From Callorhinchus milii (taxonomy: Eukaryota), in NCBI RefSeq assembly GCF_018977255.1, contig NW_024704745.1, forward strand, positions 32,240,001 to 32,304,000: 64,000 nucleotides of DNA. Direction: 5' to 3'. The stretch's first letter is position 1. Every line of letters begins with the position of its first letter. Positions 1 through 12,539 of this stretch are shown piece by piece. The translations under genes were made by a program, and so were the position numbers. Below the pieces are notes generated by a model. It had not been told where the DNA came from, ran no database searches, and saw nothing but the letters and a program-made list of their open reading frames with translations.

Positions 1-3000
1 CGTGAAGGGGTGGAGGATCGGGTAAGAACAAGGAAGGGAATATCATGATTGATTGATAGCTGAGCTGCTTGTGAACGGCTGGAGCCCAGGCCACCGCTAA
101 TTAGTCCCCTTCCCGTCCAATGGGAACAGCAATGGGAGGGAAGCAGTGCCACCGCTCCTCTGCTGGGCGTGAAAATGCTGTACTGTATTTTGCAATTAAA
201 CAAACGTAAATATACTTTACTGAATTGTGTGAGAGAATTTAACTTTAAACTGGTTAGTTAACATTGCTTCAACGTTCTTACATAATATTTTATGACGCTG
301 CTGCAGCTCCTCTGCTGGGCGGGAATGGTATTTCAGCTAACCTCGGACACCGTTTTGTCAGGCAAAATGTTCATCCCCAATGTGTCCAGCTTAACGCGCT
401 TCTACTGTATATTACATTGCATGAGTTTGGGTGTCAGACAAGTAAGCAGATGTTTGTCGAATACAGGCAGAAAGGTACACCAGCAAAAATGCTTTGGATG
501 TGATATGGATCTCCTCCAGGGTACCAAATATACATCGGCCTGACTTATGAAAGCTTAGGTTCAACCCAAGATATCTTCAGATCTGAACTGAGATCAGAAG
601 CTAGTTCTTGCAAGTCAGTGTACTGTCAATGGGGTTTCTACAGGAGACACACTTTACACCCAAGGTGCTTTCTCTGGCACTAAGGTCCCACTTACACTGC
701 ACTTTGACCGACTGGCACTTTTATAATCTTTATGTGCCCTTTAATGTTGAAAAGTAGTTATTTGTTTTTACAAGAGAGCACTGACTTGACCCAGTTTGAC
801 AATAATTTTGACATGATCATGCATTTTGATTGCATTTCACCAAATAAATAGGAATCAGACTAGTATAGTCTACAATTATGTTCATGTATTTAACTACAAT
901 ACAAAAGCAACTGCCCTTTTTTTACGCTCAACTAGGAACTAATAGGTAGACTCTTCCAGAGTAGTCAGCACATCACTGTCAGTCAATCTTTTTGAATGTG
1001 ACTCAATAATAAGGTTTCTTCAAACCTTATTAGAAGAGGAAGTCGGGTTTTTCTGTAATAAACTGAAGCTTGTTTCTTTCTGCAAAGTCTTTTGTAAACA
1101 GCAGGCACGCCAGGCTGGACCAAGGGCCCAACCAAACATTCCCTGTTAAACCTCTTTGCTGCTGCTTCAATATTTTGACAGAAATCTATTATGTCCGAGC
1201 TCTCAGTCCTTTACAAACCGACCTATATACAAAGCACAATCTTGAAATAAAGTGACAAATGGTATCTAAGCCTCCTACATGCATTAAATACTTAAGAGGA
1301 ACTGTATTGTTTGTAAGGAACATGTCTAGAACCAAGACAAATACAACTACAACCCATTACCAAAGACTACAGATGCCACAGCTCAACTAAATAGTCTTGA
1401 CAGGCCTGGGAATAAAAAAGAAGATTTTCTCGTATACAGCTCCAAGATTGCATGTTTAGTTAAAGTACAAAAAGCAGTACTTACAAGATTTCTGCAGGCA
1501 TAACTGCCATCCCATTAAGAAAATGGTATTGCTAACATTAAATAGTGGCTCCTCGGGGAAAAGTGTGTATTGATTTTATTACTATGTTGGTTGGTATGTA
1601 TTTGCAATTGTCAACTCTGATTTTAATTTGCACATTAAATATCCCTGTACCAACCCATTCATTGGATGCCACCACACCTTTGTCTTGGCAAATTAAACTT
1701 TCAAGACACCCCAGTAAGAAAATAAACTGAGCGTCTCCAATCAGCTTTGTTTAGACATTCATCATTGATATTTTGAAGAAAATTACTGCTTCTTCTGTAG
1801 CGAGAATAACAACTCGGGGAGGGCAGATTGTTTTATTACAAATACTAATGATATGTTATGTTTGCTGTATTGTGGAAGGATGCCAAGTAATTACTTGTTG
1901 CATGTGGCTTTTATTTTGTATTCAACAAATTGAAAAAATGAAAATCAGTTTAATCTCCTGTCTTGCTGATTAGAGATTCCTATCTTGCTTCTTTAATGAG
2001 GTTATAGGCCTTTTGTGTAACATATGCAAGCAGCAATATGGAAAAATACACACTAAAAGTTAAAGCTACTCAATTCATCCACTTTGAAACATTGGGGCCT
2101 AATTTGTGTTTTTTTTGTAATAAGATTACTCCATAAGAAATTGAAGTAGCACAAATAGGAACTTTTTCCAGTAACCTTATGTTCCTCGCACTGACTCACA
2201 GGAACTCCACTTCAATGAGCTCTGCTTATGAAATGCCAAAGCGGAGTCATGGATCAATGGGAATTCTAATGGGATTCCTTATTGAGGAATTACCACAAAT
2301 TAACACCATTTACATTTCAGACTGGGTACCTCTGGTGAACACCTTTTACATTGCACACAGAATGCCAGCTCACACCTGTTTGGTCCTGTAGAGATGCTCT
2401 GGAGAGAAACTGTCGTGTTATTCTCACCGTCGCTTAGAGACAATCAATACACAAATGTGTCTTCCCATACACAAATGGGAAAACACAAATCTAGCATCGC
2501 TCTGAGTACAGTGTAATGCACAACAGTAATGTTACACTATTTACCTGCAAAATACAGTCAGTCACTACAGTTAATCCTACAAAGTGCATTGTCCTCCTGA
2601 TATGAAATACACAATATCAAATGCAAGGAGTTTAATTATATCACTAAGAAACCTATAGTTAGAGCAATGTACTTCAGTCGTTCTATAACTGATGGAAGGG
2701 TTATATAATCCACCATTGTTAATGCTGTTTAGATTGGTTCTGAAACAAAAGCTGGGCAGTAATATGACTATATAAAGAATATGAAACCTTTAGCCATTTT
2801 ATCTAAGAATATTTGATTTACTTTGAACAATCAGCAGGCCAAGATAAGTTAAAAGTACAAGTTTTGAGCTTGTTATTTTATACTCTAATTGATACAAACA
2901 AACACAACATTTGGGGCCTGGCAGTACTCCAGTCCATTTAAATGGGTACTAATCCAAGATCTGCGCTGTTTACACTGCTGTACACCAGATGGACCTTTGA

Positions 3001-3505
3001 AATCCAATTGTGCAGACAAGCTAAATAGGAATGCCAATCGTAGTTGCAAGAATTCAAATTATTCTTTGCGCTATTATTCAACTCTTCTACCTCCAGTCTG
3101 ACTCGCCCAGGCAGTCAGGCTGATAATAGAGTTGAACAGTTGGAGCTGTGACTGTGCCCCAGAAACTAGTGCCCATCACGCCATTATGCCGTGCATTGCA
3201 ATCACTTTATATACTTACTGACAGAAGTTCAACACCTCTTGACCCTGTAGGCTTGCACCCTGCAGTGTGTGCAGCATTAAGAACTAGGCTGCACAGATTG
3301 GTTGTTTTGGTTTCTTCTGAACCTAAAAAACACCACTACACGTGATCCATGTATGTGGTCACAGCGATTCTTTCAGGTTGGAGATATATCAGTGTCAAAA
3401 TCAACGAGCACCAAACAATGTCAACTTTAGAATAACCAAATCAAACAGGGCTCCATGTATCCCATCTACTAGTGAAATTCCAGTGTATGGTAGTAACTAT
3501 AGCTC

Positions 3506-4160
3506 CAACAACAACAATAAAATTACATTTGTATAGCGCCTTTCACGTCGGGAAGATGGCCCAATGCTAGACAGTCAGTGTTTCAGACCAGAGCTGGGTG
3601 TCGGGAATGGGAGGGTGACCGAAGGCACAGTCAAAGAGGAGGGTCTTGAGATGGGTCTTGAAGGAGGCAAGGGAGGGGGCCAGGCAGAGGGACTGCGAGA
3701 TAGAGTTCCAGAGGGTGGGGGCAGAGTGGCAGAAGGCCCACCCACCAACAGTGGGGCGGGCGAAGCGAGGGACATAAATCAGGCCGGAGGCCACTGAGCA
3801 GAGGTAGCAGGGAGGTTAGTAGGGGGTTAGGACGTTGCACAGGTAGGGGGGAGCAAGACCACGGAGAACTTAAAAGTGTGATGAGAAGCCAGTGGAGTCA
3901 GGTGATGATGGGGATGATAGGGTCGTGGTACCTGATGTGGGAGAGGACACGGGCTGCAGAGTTCTGGATGATCTGCAGCCCGTGGAAGGAGGAGTTGGGG
4001 AGGCCGACAAGCAGGGAGTTTGCATAGTCAAGCCTGGATGTTATGAAGGCGTGTATGAGGGTCTCGGCGGCCTGCAGTGTGAGACAGTGGCAGAGCCGGG
4101 CAATGTTATGGAGATGGAGGAAGGCAGAGCGGGTCATGGCACAGATGTGGAGTAGAAAGG
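3506..4160 (-). mobile_element. L2 LINE 3' fragment (ORF2 C-terminal relic, 3' UTR, (GTT)n tail)
   Basis: Minus-strand translations AAETLIHAFITSRLDYANSLLVGLP...LQIIQNSAARVL and GGWAFCHSAPTLWNSISQSL...FKTHLKTLLF are typical L2 ORF2 C-terminal motifs. The copy ends in CGACGTGAAAGGCGCTATACAAATGTAATTTT followed by GTT repeats. Confidence 0.93.
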
Positions 4161-5110
4161 ATAAAGCAACAGTATTAACATTTAAAAGCATTAACGTGGA
4201 GAAGCATCTCATCAACAGAGTAAAGGTAACCATCATCCTTATCATGTACAAGGTATAGACCCTATGGAACACTGAACCGCTCCCTTTTACTTCATAGTTT
4301 CATTCAGAACACTGTTTTGTATCTTTGTACCAAGAAACACTCAGCCCACAATCCTTGCCAACCCCACAGAAAATAACTATCATATTACAAACAGAAAGTT
4401 TTAGTGCAATTCTCCAGAAGTGATAATCAGGAACAGAAATCGCATTATGTATGAAGGAGAAATTAAACATTGTACCTATAACGCACAAGCTGAAATACAA
4501 CTGCTGGATTTTCCTCCCCTTTAGCCCAAACCCCTCCCCCATAATTCAGTTTCTACATTTGTTTGGGAATAAAGCTTCTGAGGTTTCAAACATGAGTTTG
4601 GCAGATTTTCCTACACATTAATGATATGTTTATATATACACTTGGTCTGAGCCTGTTGATTCATTTCTAAAGCAGTTGCAATGCAAAGCTTGAACAGTTG
4701 GCAGTACAAACTCAGTGTCCGAGTTCAATTTTTGGAACACCACAAACTACTGAAGAAAGTATGGAGAGAAAATATTAAATTATATCGCAATCCCATTTCC
4801 AGCTAATCAATTGTAAATTTCCCTTCAATAAAGTAGGAATGGTTGGAACACAATCCCTCCATGTGAATTAGCCATCAGAGGCTGCCACATGGTTGCCAAA
4901 GTAAAAAGCAACCTCTCCACCCAAAAAACTGTCTCATTAAAATCAGTGAATTTAGGGAGGAGGGAAATTCTCTTCTCTTGTTGGATTTCATAGGATATTA
5001 TTAATAACCGTTCAACAAAACTAAAGCATGTACGGAAGGAGTGGGAGAGAAATGAGTTATGTGAAGGGACAGAATATGCCATTGTTTTGTTAACTTGTCT
5101 TTAATGGACG

Positions 5111-5188
5111 CTGGACGTCCCAGCGCTTTGGGACGTCCTCCCGACGTGAAAGGTGCTCTATAAATGTAATTTTGTTGTTGTTGTTGTT
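5111..5188 (+). mobile_element. L2 extreme 3' tail only
   Basis: CAGCGCTTTGGGACGTCCTCCCGACGTGAAAGGTGCTCTATAAATGTAATTTT(GTT)5 matches the tails of the longer L2 copies in this window. Confidence 0.85.
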
Positions 5189-5258
5189 AATGCCGAGTTT
5201 GTCATCTGACAATGACACCCCGCCCCACACCCCTCCCCACTAATCCCTACCCAAGGAT

Positions 5259-5835
5259 TTGGCTCAGTGTGCGTATCAGACTGGCTCAGTTGGTAAAATG
5301 CTTTGTCGGAGGTTCTGTCTTTCAGATGAGAAGTTAATCCGAGGTCTCATCTACCTGTTGGGGTGGATGTTAAAGATCCCAAGGCACTATATCTCCTGGT
5401 GTCCGGCCAAAATGCAAGGATTATTATTCTTATTATTACCCACAGATGCCTGGAGAATGGTTTCTTCCACCAGCCCTTTTAGAATTCACAGAATTTCAGA
5501 CACCAATACTTGTTGGCTCGGTGTGTGTATCAGACTGGCTCAGTTGGTAGTACGCTTTGTCAGAGGTTCTGTCTTTCAGATGAGAAGTTAAACCAAGGTC
5601 TCATCTATCTGTTGGGGTGAATGTTAAAGATCCCAAGGCACTATATCTCCTGGTGTCCGGCCAAAATCCCCCAAATAAATTTAGTCATCAATTTCACAGC
5701 TGTTTGTGGGACATTGCTTCCGCATTCGCCTACAAATGCACAGTCACTTAATTTCACAGTAAATCCTGTAAAGTACTTAGGGACATCCTCCCACGTGAAA
5801 GATGTTTCCCAAATCCAAGGATTGAGGATTATTTA
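5259..5835 (+). mobile_element. Two tandem, internally deleted SacSINE1-like DeuSINE copies (5259-5438 and 5513-5835)
   Basis: Both have the TGGCTCAGTTGGTA A-box and the TCTTTCAGATGAGAAGTTAA...GATCCCAAGGCACTAT body. The second has the Deu-like CTGTTTGTGGGACATTGCT and an L2-type tail. Confidence 0.8.
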
Positions 5836-7146
5836 TTTGCTTTTTTTGAATAAGCGAGTATCAGAGCCATACTTCCGACCATGGGAGAACAGCAATTCAA
5901 CTCTGCTTCCTTACAATTTGCTGACTTAAAATTATTATTGCAATTAAAAATGATCTTGCAAACTTTATAACAAGTCAGCAATGAAAGTCCTGGATGGAGA
6001 AACCAGACATCATTAGCACATCATGTACTGTATTTTATTCCCCCTATGTTAATAAAAAGGAAGCACTTTGGAATGATATCAAACCAGTCTTCTAATCTCA
6101 GACTCCAATACCTCTGGTAGCAAAGGATCTCATTAGGTTTCTGCCTTGTGTTTATTTCTGAGCGTCCATTTATCTCTTTAACATTCTCCTTAATAGCATA
6201 TCCTAATCCAAATACAGAACTCTCTGGATCCCGTGGGCTTCATATGCGAAACAAAAATTCTATGCAATTGCCTGAGATAAATTTGATCAAGTAATTTTTT
6301 TCCTGTCTTGTAAAAATGTAACAGAATTCTGCAGGATAATTTCAAATTGCTGTCAATTTTGTTTTAATCACACAACTCAGGGCATTTCAGTGACAGTAAT
6401 AAAGTAAGCAAGTCCTTGCATTTTGATATAAATCAAATAAATTAATGTGGTCTGCCTTTACTCCTGAAGTTGAGAAAACAATTTGGGCAGAATCTCGTTT
6501 ACTTTCTGATCTGTGGTTTTAATAGACGTGTGGGATTGTAAAGGGAGCTGGGGCAAATCGGCCTTTAAACTCCTACATTTAGGCATCAGGAGATTTTATG
6601 AAACTCAGTGAGTGTACCCTGAGGAAATGTTGTGAAACCTGAGAGTCAAATTTGAAAGAGTGAAAATGAATTCAAGCTTTGCTGTGTGTGCTGGTAATAC
6701 TAAAGAGCTCTGAACACACAGCATGGGGAGTGAAAATCTTTTCTAGCACCCTGGGGAAAATGATGTTAATCTTGGGGAGGTGTCGTAAAGAGAGACTGTT
6801 CCACTTTTCTGCAAGTTATTAAACAGAAGCTGGTCTGGATTACAAGAACAAACAAAAGGAAATCTATTACTATATCAAATACAATAAATTATTTTTTTTT
6901 AAAAAAGAGCTACATATTTAAGCCAATGCAATTAGATATTTTATTTGCCAGAATATTGGTGGCAGATCACTAATACTGTAATCCTGTCACTAAAGACCTG
7001 CCAGATCAGATTTTAATAATAATGTTAATGGAACAGCAATACTACCACACAGAGCTGAGGTTATACATGGGAGCAGCTGAGGGGTCTGCAGCTGAACAAT
7101 GCCCTCCTGCTACTACTCTAACCCACATCTAACCCACTCTAACCCA

Positions 7147-7337
7147 GAAATCCTGCAGCTCAGTGGTTAGAGCACTCGCCTCGCAAGCGAGAGACCTGGA
7201 TTTGATTCCCGGCAGGGTAAAATCTTGGGCAAGTTTCCTTACTCCATTGCCTGATAATAATCCCTTCAAAAAAAATAATAAAACTGGTCACTTCAATCCC
7301 CGACTGTTTGTGGGACACTGCTGTGCGCAATTGGCTG
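7147..7337 (+). mobile_element. Young tRNA-Ala-like DeuSINE, 3'-truncated
   Basis: AGCTCAGTGGTTAGAGCACTCGCCTCGCAAGCGAGAGACCTGG head followed by GACTGTTTGTGGGACACTGCTGTGCGCAATTGGCTG. Confidence 0.88.
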
Positions 7338-7499
7338 TTCCTAAGATAAATGTCACACTCACAATTTTTATGTCAAGCAGAAAAGGGTCACTTTGCTAAC
7401 TGCCTATTGCTCCCTAACTAAGAATGAAGATAAAATCATATGTTACAGTATATTTTATATACACTATACTGTATATGGAGCACTTTGAGATGATTAGCA

Positions 7500-7820
7500 C
7501 CCCCAGCGACCAACAATTCCCAATTCCCCAAGTAAAATTGGTCACTCACACTATTTGTGGGCCTTTGTTGTGTGCAAAACTGGCTGCCTCATTTCAACCA
7601 CAAAATACAGTTGAACAACTTTAGAGTATGTCCTAGCAAGTGCTTTGAGACGTCTCGACAACGTGATAAGATGTTATAATAATAATCCTTGCATTTGATA
7701 TAGCGCTTTTCACATTTTATTGACATCTCAAAACGCTTCACAGAATATACTGTAAAGTGAACTGATTGTAGATTTGTGGACAAATTGTTATATCAAATGC
7801 ATGGATTATTATTATTATTT
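7500..7820 (+). mobile_element. Older DeuSINE 3' half, interrupted by an opposite-strand SINE fragment at 7679-7785
   Basis: Deu-like TATTTGTGGGCCTTTGTTGTGTGCAAAACTGGCTGCC. The tail is split at TGTTATA and resumes as TATCAAATGCATGGATTATTATT at 7791. Confidence 0.8.
7679..7785 (-). mobile_element. Young SINE 3' fragment nested in the older SINE
   Basis: AATAATAATCCTTGCATTTGATATAGCGCTTTTCAC...CTTCACAGAATATACTGTAAAGTGAA, flanked by the direct repeat TGTTATA. Confidence 0.88.
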
Positions 7821-7984
7821 ACCATATAGTATAGACTTCAGTATCTTCCCACACATTAATAATCCCTTTGTCCTAGTCAACCAGAATTTGTTTTCTCCAT
7901 TACCAACAACTCAAAGTGGTTGGATGTTGTTGAGTGGATGAACACCTTGGGGTCGATTTTCCATGACATTTTTAATTTGGGGAA

Positions 7985-8165
7985 ATGTGGCAGAGCATGG
8001 GGGTGAGGAGGGGAAAGGTGACTGAAGGCTCATCAGAGAGGAAGGTCTTGAGATGGAACTTGAAAGGAATAAGGGAGGGGATGAGTCGGAGGGACTCCAG
8101 GATGGATTTCCTGAGAGTCGGGGCCGAAAGGCTGAAACTCTGACTCCGGTGGTGTGGGGGACTTG
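7985..8165 (-). mobile_element. Degenerate L2 ORF2 end/3' UTR fragment
   Basis: Minus translation SFSLSAPTLRKSILESLRLIPSLIPFKFHLKTFL resembles the L2 C-terminal SAPTLWNSLP...FKSHLKT motif. Confidence 0.8.
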
Positions 8166-9342
8166 ACATCCCAATTGGTGTAGCAGCCAACCACTTTCTG
8201 TGCGCTAAAATCAGTTAAGGTTATGCTTTGAATGGAATTAATTGCATGACACACACAACCAGAGCAAATAAACATGGCACTTTGCTCTTGCAATGCTGAG
8301 CTATTGGAATTTTGATCCCACATTTAATGCCTGAATTGTGTAAAAAATTCAGGATATAATAATTGTTCAAGTATTTGTCCGAGGTTATAAAATAGCAAAA
8401 CCTTGCTTTACTCATGATATATTCTATCCAAATGTTTTGAATTAATGATAAATGAAAGTTTTCAACATACTTTGTTCTTTACTAATAAAACCAGCAGCGC
8501 AGAAAAACATATTCCAATGGATAACATTTAGGAAACAGCCAACATCAGGGTCATGGAGTTTCATTAAAGGATCAAGTATGTATCTAACTCACAATGATCT
8601 AGTCAGCTATTCATCCCTCAAATCCTGCATGATAATAGGATGAAGGCCTTTCAATGACTTTTCATAAGCACAATGAGATCTAATTTGTGAGATTTGCAAA
8701 AGAATTTGCAATTAGCAAACCCTGGAGGTGTGTGGCCAACCCTCTCATATTCTATTCTGATGCTGAAACTGTTGCAGCTGAGATTGGCATCCAGTTGGAA
8801 TTCAAAACGATTGCCATCATACATCTAGCATTCCCTATTTGCAATCCTTGTGAACCTCCCAAATTAGACCCCAGTAGATACAAAGCTGGTTTTTGATCAA
8901 GTCTAGACCTATGCCAGAAGAAATACTCTTCAGCTTCTCTCAGCTTTTCCCATTCTTCCACAGTGTAATCCGTTGTTCACCAGGTGACTGCAGTGCTGCA
9001 TTTTATCTCAATTTCTTTTCCATTATAGAATTTATGTGTTATATATGTTGGATCGCCTGTTTTCACTGCACTTTTTCCACTTAGGAAAAATTCAATAAAA
9101 AGGAAACTTGCGATGAGAGAGAAACAACATATATCTGAAAGATGACAATATAGTATTTAAGATTCTTTAATGTTTTATTTTTAAACAGCTAGTAACGGTG
9201 CCATTCTTTAAATGTGTGTGTAGATAAAATTACCATCAAAGTGGTGTACAAACAAATTGACCAGCCATATAGACCAGTCTGTAGCATAAATTCCAATAGC
9301 CTTAGGTGTCTATTTAGGTCTAGGCAGATTCTATTTGCCATC

Positions 9343-9495
9343 TTCACTCATTTATGCTGTGCGCAATTAGCTGCCATGTTTCCACCCACAAAATATACAG
9401 TCACTCCACTTTAACAGTATATTCTGGGAAGCGCCTTGAGACGTTTCTGAAATGCGATAAGGCACGATATCAAATGCAAGGATTATTATTATTAT
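9343..9495 (+). mobile_element. DeuSINE 3' half
   Basis: TGCTGTGCGCAATTAGCTGCC...TATCAAATGCAAGGATTATTATTATT. Confidence 0.85.
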
Positions 9496-10309
9496 TTGTT
9501 CCTGACAAGGTGTACACTGAGCGGATGTGCCAAGCAGGGGAATTGCTCTGAGACGCTACCCTCCATGGAGTGTGCTACATAAGTGCAAGTTGTTGTTGTA
9601 TTACTTGCTGGCAAACTTCTTCTTTTCCAGCATTACGGTAAAAGTATCCATACTGCTGAACAATTTTCAAAGCAAACAAATCTTTGTTTGGTATTCCATT
9701 TACTGAGTAAGCATGGCTGTACCTTCACTGAATTAACCAGCAGACCCCAGACAGCTTTGAACAAACACATCTTGCTCCTGTTACACAGAAACAAATCAAT
9801 TAAATTCTTTCTACTTTCTTTATTTCTTTTTCCCTCAAACGGCCTCATGCCATCCATCATTTTCTAGATATTGAAGCCTCCAATCAGGGCAGTTTTTCTA
9901 ACCCACACCCTTTGGCCTTCTCCCATCACATTATTTCAGCAAATATTGAAGATTTCCCCTGACAAGAATTAAAGCTGCATCCGTTTGGGGCTTCATTATC
10001 TCTTCAACAGAATGATTTATAGTTTGTAGTCTGAAAGCAAAAAAGGAGGGAAATTGCATTTTCTGTGCAGCTAGAGCCAGCCAATCTCCTGTTATATCCT
10101 GGAGAAACTCACAACAAACACTGATGTCAACTATAATTGATCTGAGGTCAGCGTGAGCCCTCTGGTAAAAGCCTGCCATTTGAACAGTAAAATACATGCC
10201 AATTGTCCCTGCTTGTCTAATGAAGCCGCCTGTCGTGGGTTATTTACTTTGCCTGAAATAAAGGGGAAATGGATATTCTACGAGAGGGATTTGCTGTCCC
10301 GAGCACACT

Positions 10310-10417
10310 GAACTCATCCCCATCCCCCTGGCTCGACGCCAGGATCCGTTACTGTAAAGCACTCTGAGATGCCGTCCAGCATGGAGGGTGCTATATAAAT
10401 CCAAGTTGTTGTTGTTG
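10310..10417 (+). mobile_element. L2-type 3' tail
   Basis: CTGTAAAGCACTCTGAGATGCC...GGTGCTATATAAATCCAA(GTT)4. Similar short tails occur near 9530-9600, 13630-13692 and 34150-34210. Confidence 0.7.
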
Positions 10418-11228
10418 CGCTTTAAGCTTATGCAAATACTGGAACAGAGTTTGGGCAAAAGAGGAACAATCCTCGGTCTAGATCCTGTTAATCATTCTCT
10501 AAAATCATTAATTTCATCACAAGATATATGTCTTTCAGTCACCAGCAACGAGCATCTTGTCTGCAACTCTTATAAAAATGTCTACACTTTCTCTCCATCA
10601 AGACCAGATACTTTTTTCAAATAGTTCAATTAGACACCTTTTTTCTCTCTGATGATTGTTTTTGATTATATTTTATATATTTTGTTTAAATAATGAGCAC
10701 TGAAGATAACATTGGGAGAACCGACTCCAAGGAATTGCTGAGGCCAACAGTGAAAAGGATCTCAATTAACACCCAGTTGAAATAATTCAATTGCTGGATT
10801 ATCTCTGCTGCTGTTAATTCAGTGTCTTCCCACCATCATGCTCATTAACTCCTCCAAGACAGTGCACTTGTATGCAGATGTATTGTATCTGCAAAACGCA
10901 CAGATGCACACACAGCACCCACTGTCTCAAAGCTTCCAGCTTTATATTATTAAGATGGCTAGTTCAGTCCAGTCACCTGACATTGCCAAAATGAATCCCA
11001 ATGCCGCTTTGCAAAATATCACAATAAAAATCCCACCACCAATTGAACATGATTTTTCCTGGAGCCCAGTAATATAATGGCAGTGTAACAGCCAGCCTTT
11101 CAAGATTAAAGCAAGCTCAAACGTTTATCTAGTCTTAGCCTACAAGACTGTTTTGTCTTATAATTTATTATTACGTAAAATTGTGGTAATTCTTAATTTC
11201 AGTCTTAATTTGGAACCTTTATTTTAAC

Positions 11229-11539
11229 AATAATAATAATCCTTGCATTTGATATAGCACTTTTCATGTCTTCTAGACTTCCCAAAGCGCTTCACAGAAG
11301 ACACTGTAAAGTGAATTGACTGTATATTTGTGGGCGAACGCGGCAGCCAGTTACACACAGCATTGTCCCATAAATAGTCGTAGATTGAAAATGACCGATT
11401 TATTATTGTTTTTTGTTTTGGAAGGATTATTATTAGGCGTGTGGAGTAAGGAAACTTGCCCAAGGTTTCGCCCTGCCTGGAATTGAACTCAGATCTCTCG
11501 CTTGCAAAGCGAGTGCTCGAACCACTGAGCTACAGGACT
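11229..11539 (-). mobile_element. Young tRNA-Ala-like DeuSINE, full-length short form
   Basis: Reverse complement carries the GTCCTGTAGCTCAGTGGT...GAGTTCAATTCC A/B boxes, the Deu segment and the TATCAAATGCAAGGAT(TAT)n tail. Confidence 0.93.
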
Positions 11540-12539
11540 TCACGCTTTAAAACAGGAGGTAGCGACTGTTAACTCGGATATCAGTAAATCTTTTATGCTT
11601 CACTTATAACTGCTAAGATACTGAACTCATATGACCAAGTTACAACAAGGTTACCCATTATCAGTAGTCACAATTTCCTGTTACAAATATGATATTTTAG
11701 ACCCCGACATCATGTAACGGTTGCTAAAAAAAGCTATAATTTCATCATGTCTATTTGTCAAATCTATATCAGCTCCTTGTCTTTGAATGTTTTATTCCAC
11801 TAGTGAGGTTAGGGATTAAATATCACCAATTTTAGAAATTGGCATATAATGTATCTCAATATCTGAGAGGAACATAAGTACCATTCTACAGTTTAAGCAG
11901 TCTGTTGGTTCTAGGAAAACAATCAACCTTCGTTTCTCCTTAACCTGCTATCCCCAGATACACATCCCATACACGTTCTGCCTTCTGTTTCTCTCATCTG
12001 CAACATCATTCATGTTGGGTGATAGTGTAGCACTTCTGCTGGGGAGCAGAAATGCATTTGGTGAGATGTACAGCTAATTAAAACATACGCATTCTGACAA
12101 AAAAAGCTGTTATACTGGACATGCTCAATGGTCTTTTTGACCTAAAGAGTGCAACCCAGCCAGACAGCACCTCAAATGGAATCATCTGTCCAATGTACAT
12201 TTCAAACTATCATCTTTTTTCACTCTTTGAGAAATATTATTGGGGCACAATACGTTTGATGACATCTGTGCTGTACTGCATTTTGGCTCGTTGGGTTGGT
12301 TTGGTTCATTTGTTATTCCATAAATTCCTGCAATTACCTTTTATATTTATTATTCCTCCGCTGTCCACCCTCTTCAAATTTCTCCTGAACTGTCCTCATG
12401 CTGGGATTCCAAAGGTGCCTACTGCTCTTCAAGTTTCAAACCCTACCTCTTTGAACACACCTATGGCCAACTCCCTCTACCCTGTTCAACCCTGTCTCTG
12501 TGAATCAATCTGAAATGTTGGCAAGTTGCTGTTGTTCAA

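Noticed and set aside
3898-4272. Functional reverse transcriptase genes (also 60520-61011)
   Set aside because: These are 5'-truncated, frameshifted L2 fragments.
7117-7146. Interstitial telomere (TCTAACCCAC x3)
   Set aside because: The unit is 10-11 bp rather than (CCCTAA)n; an ordinary short slippage repeat.
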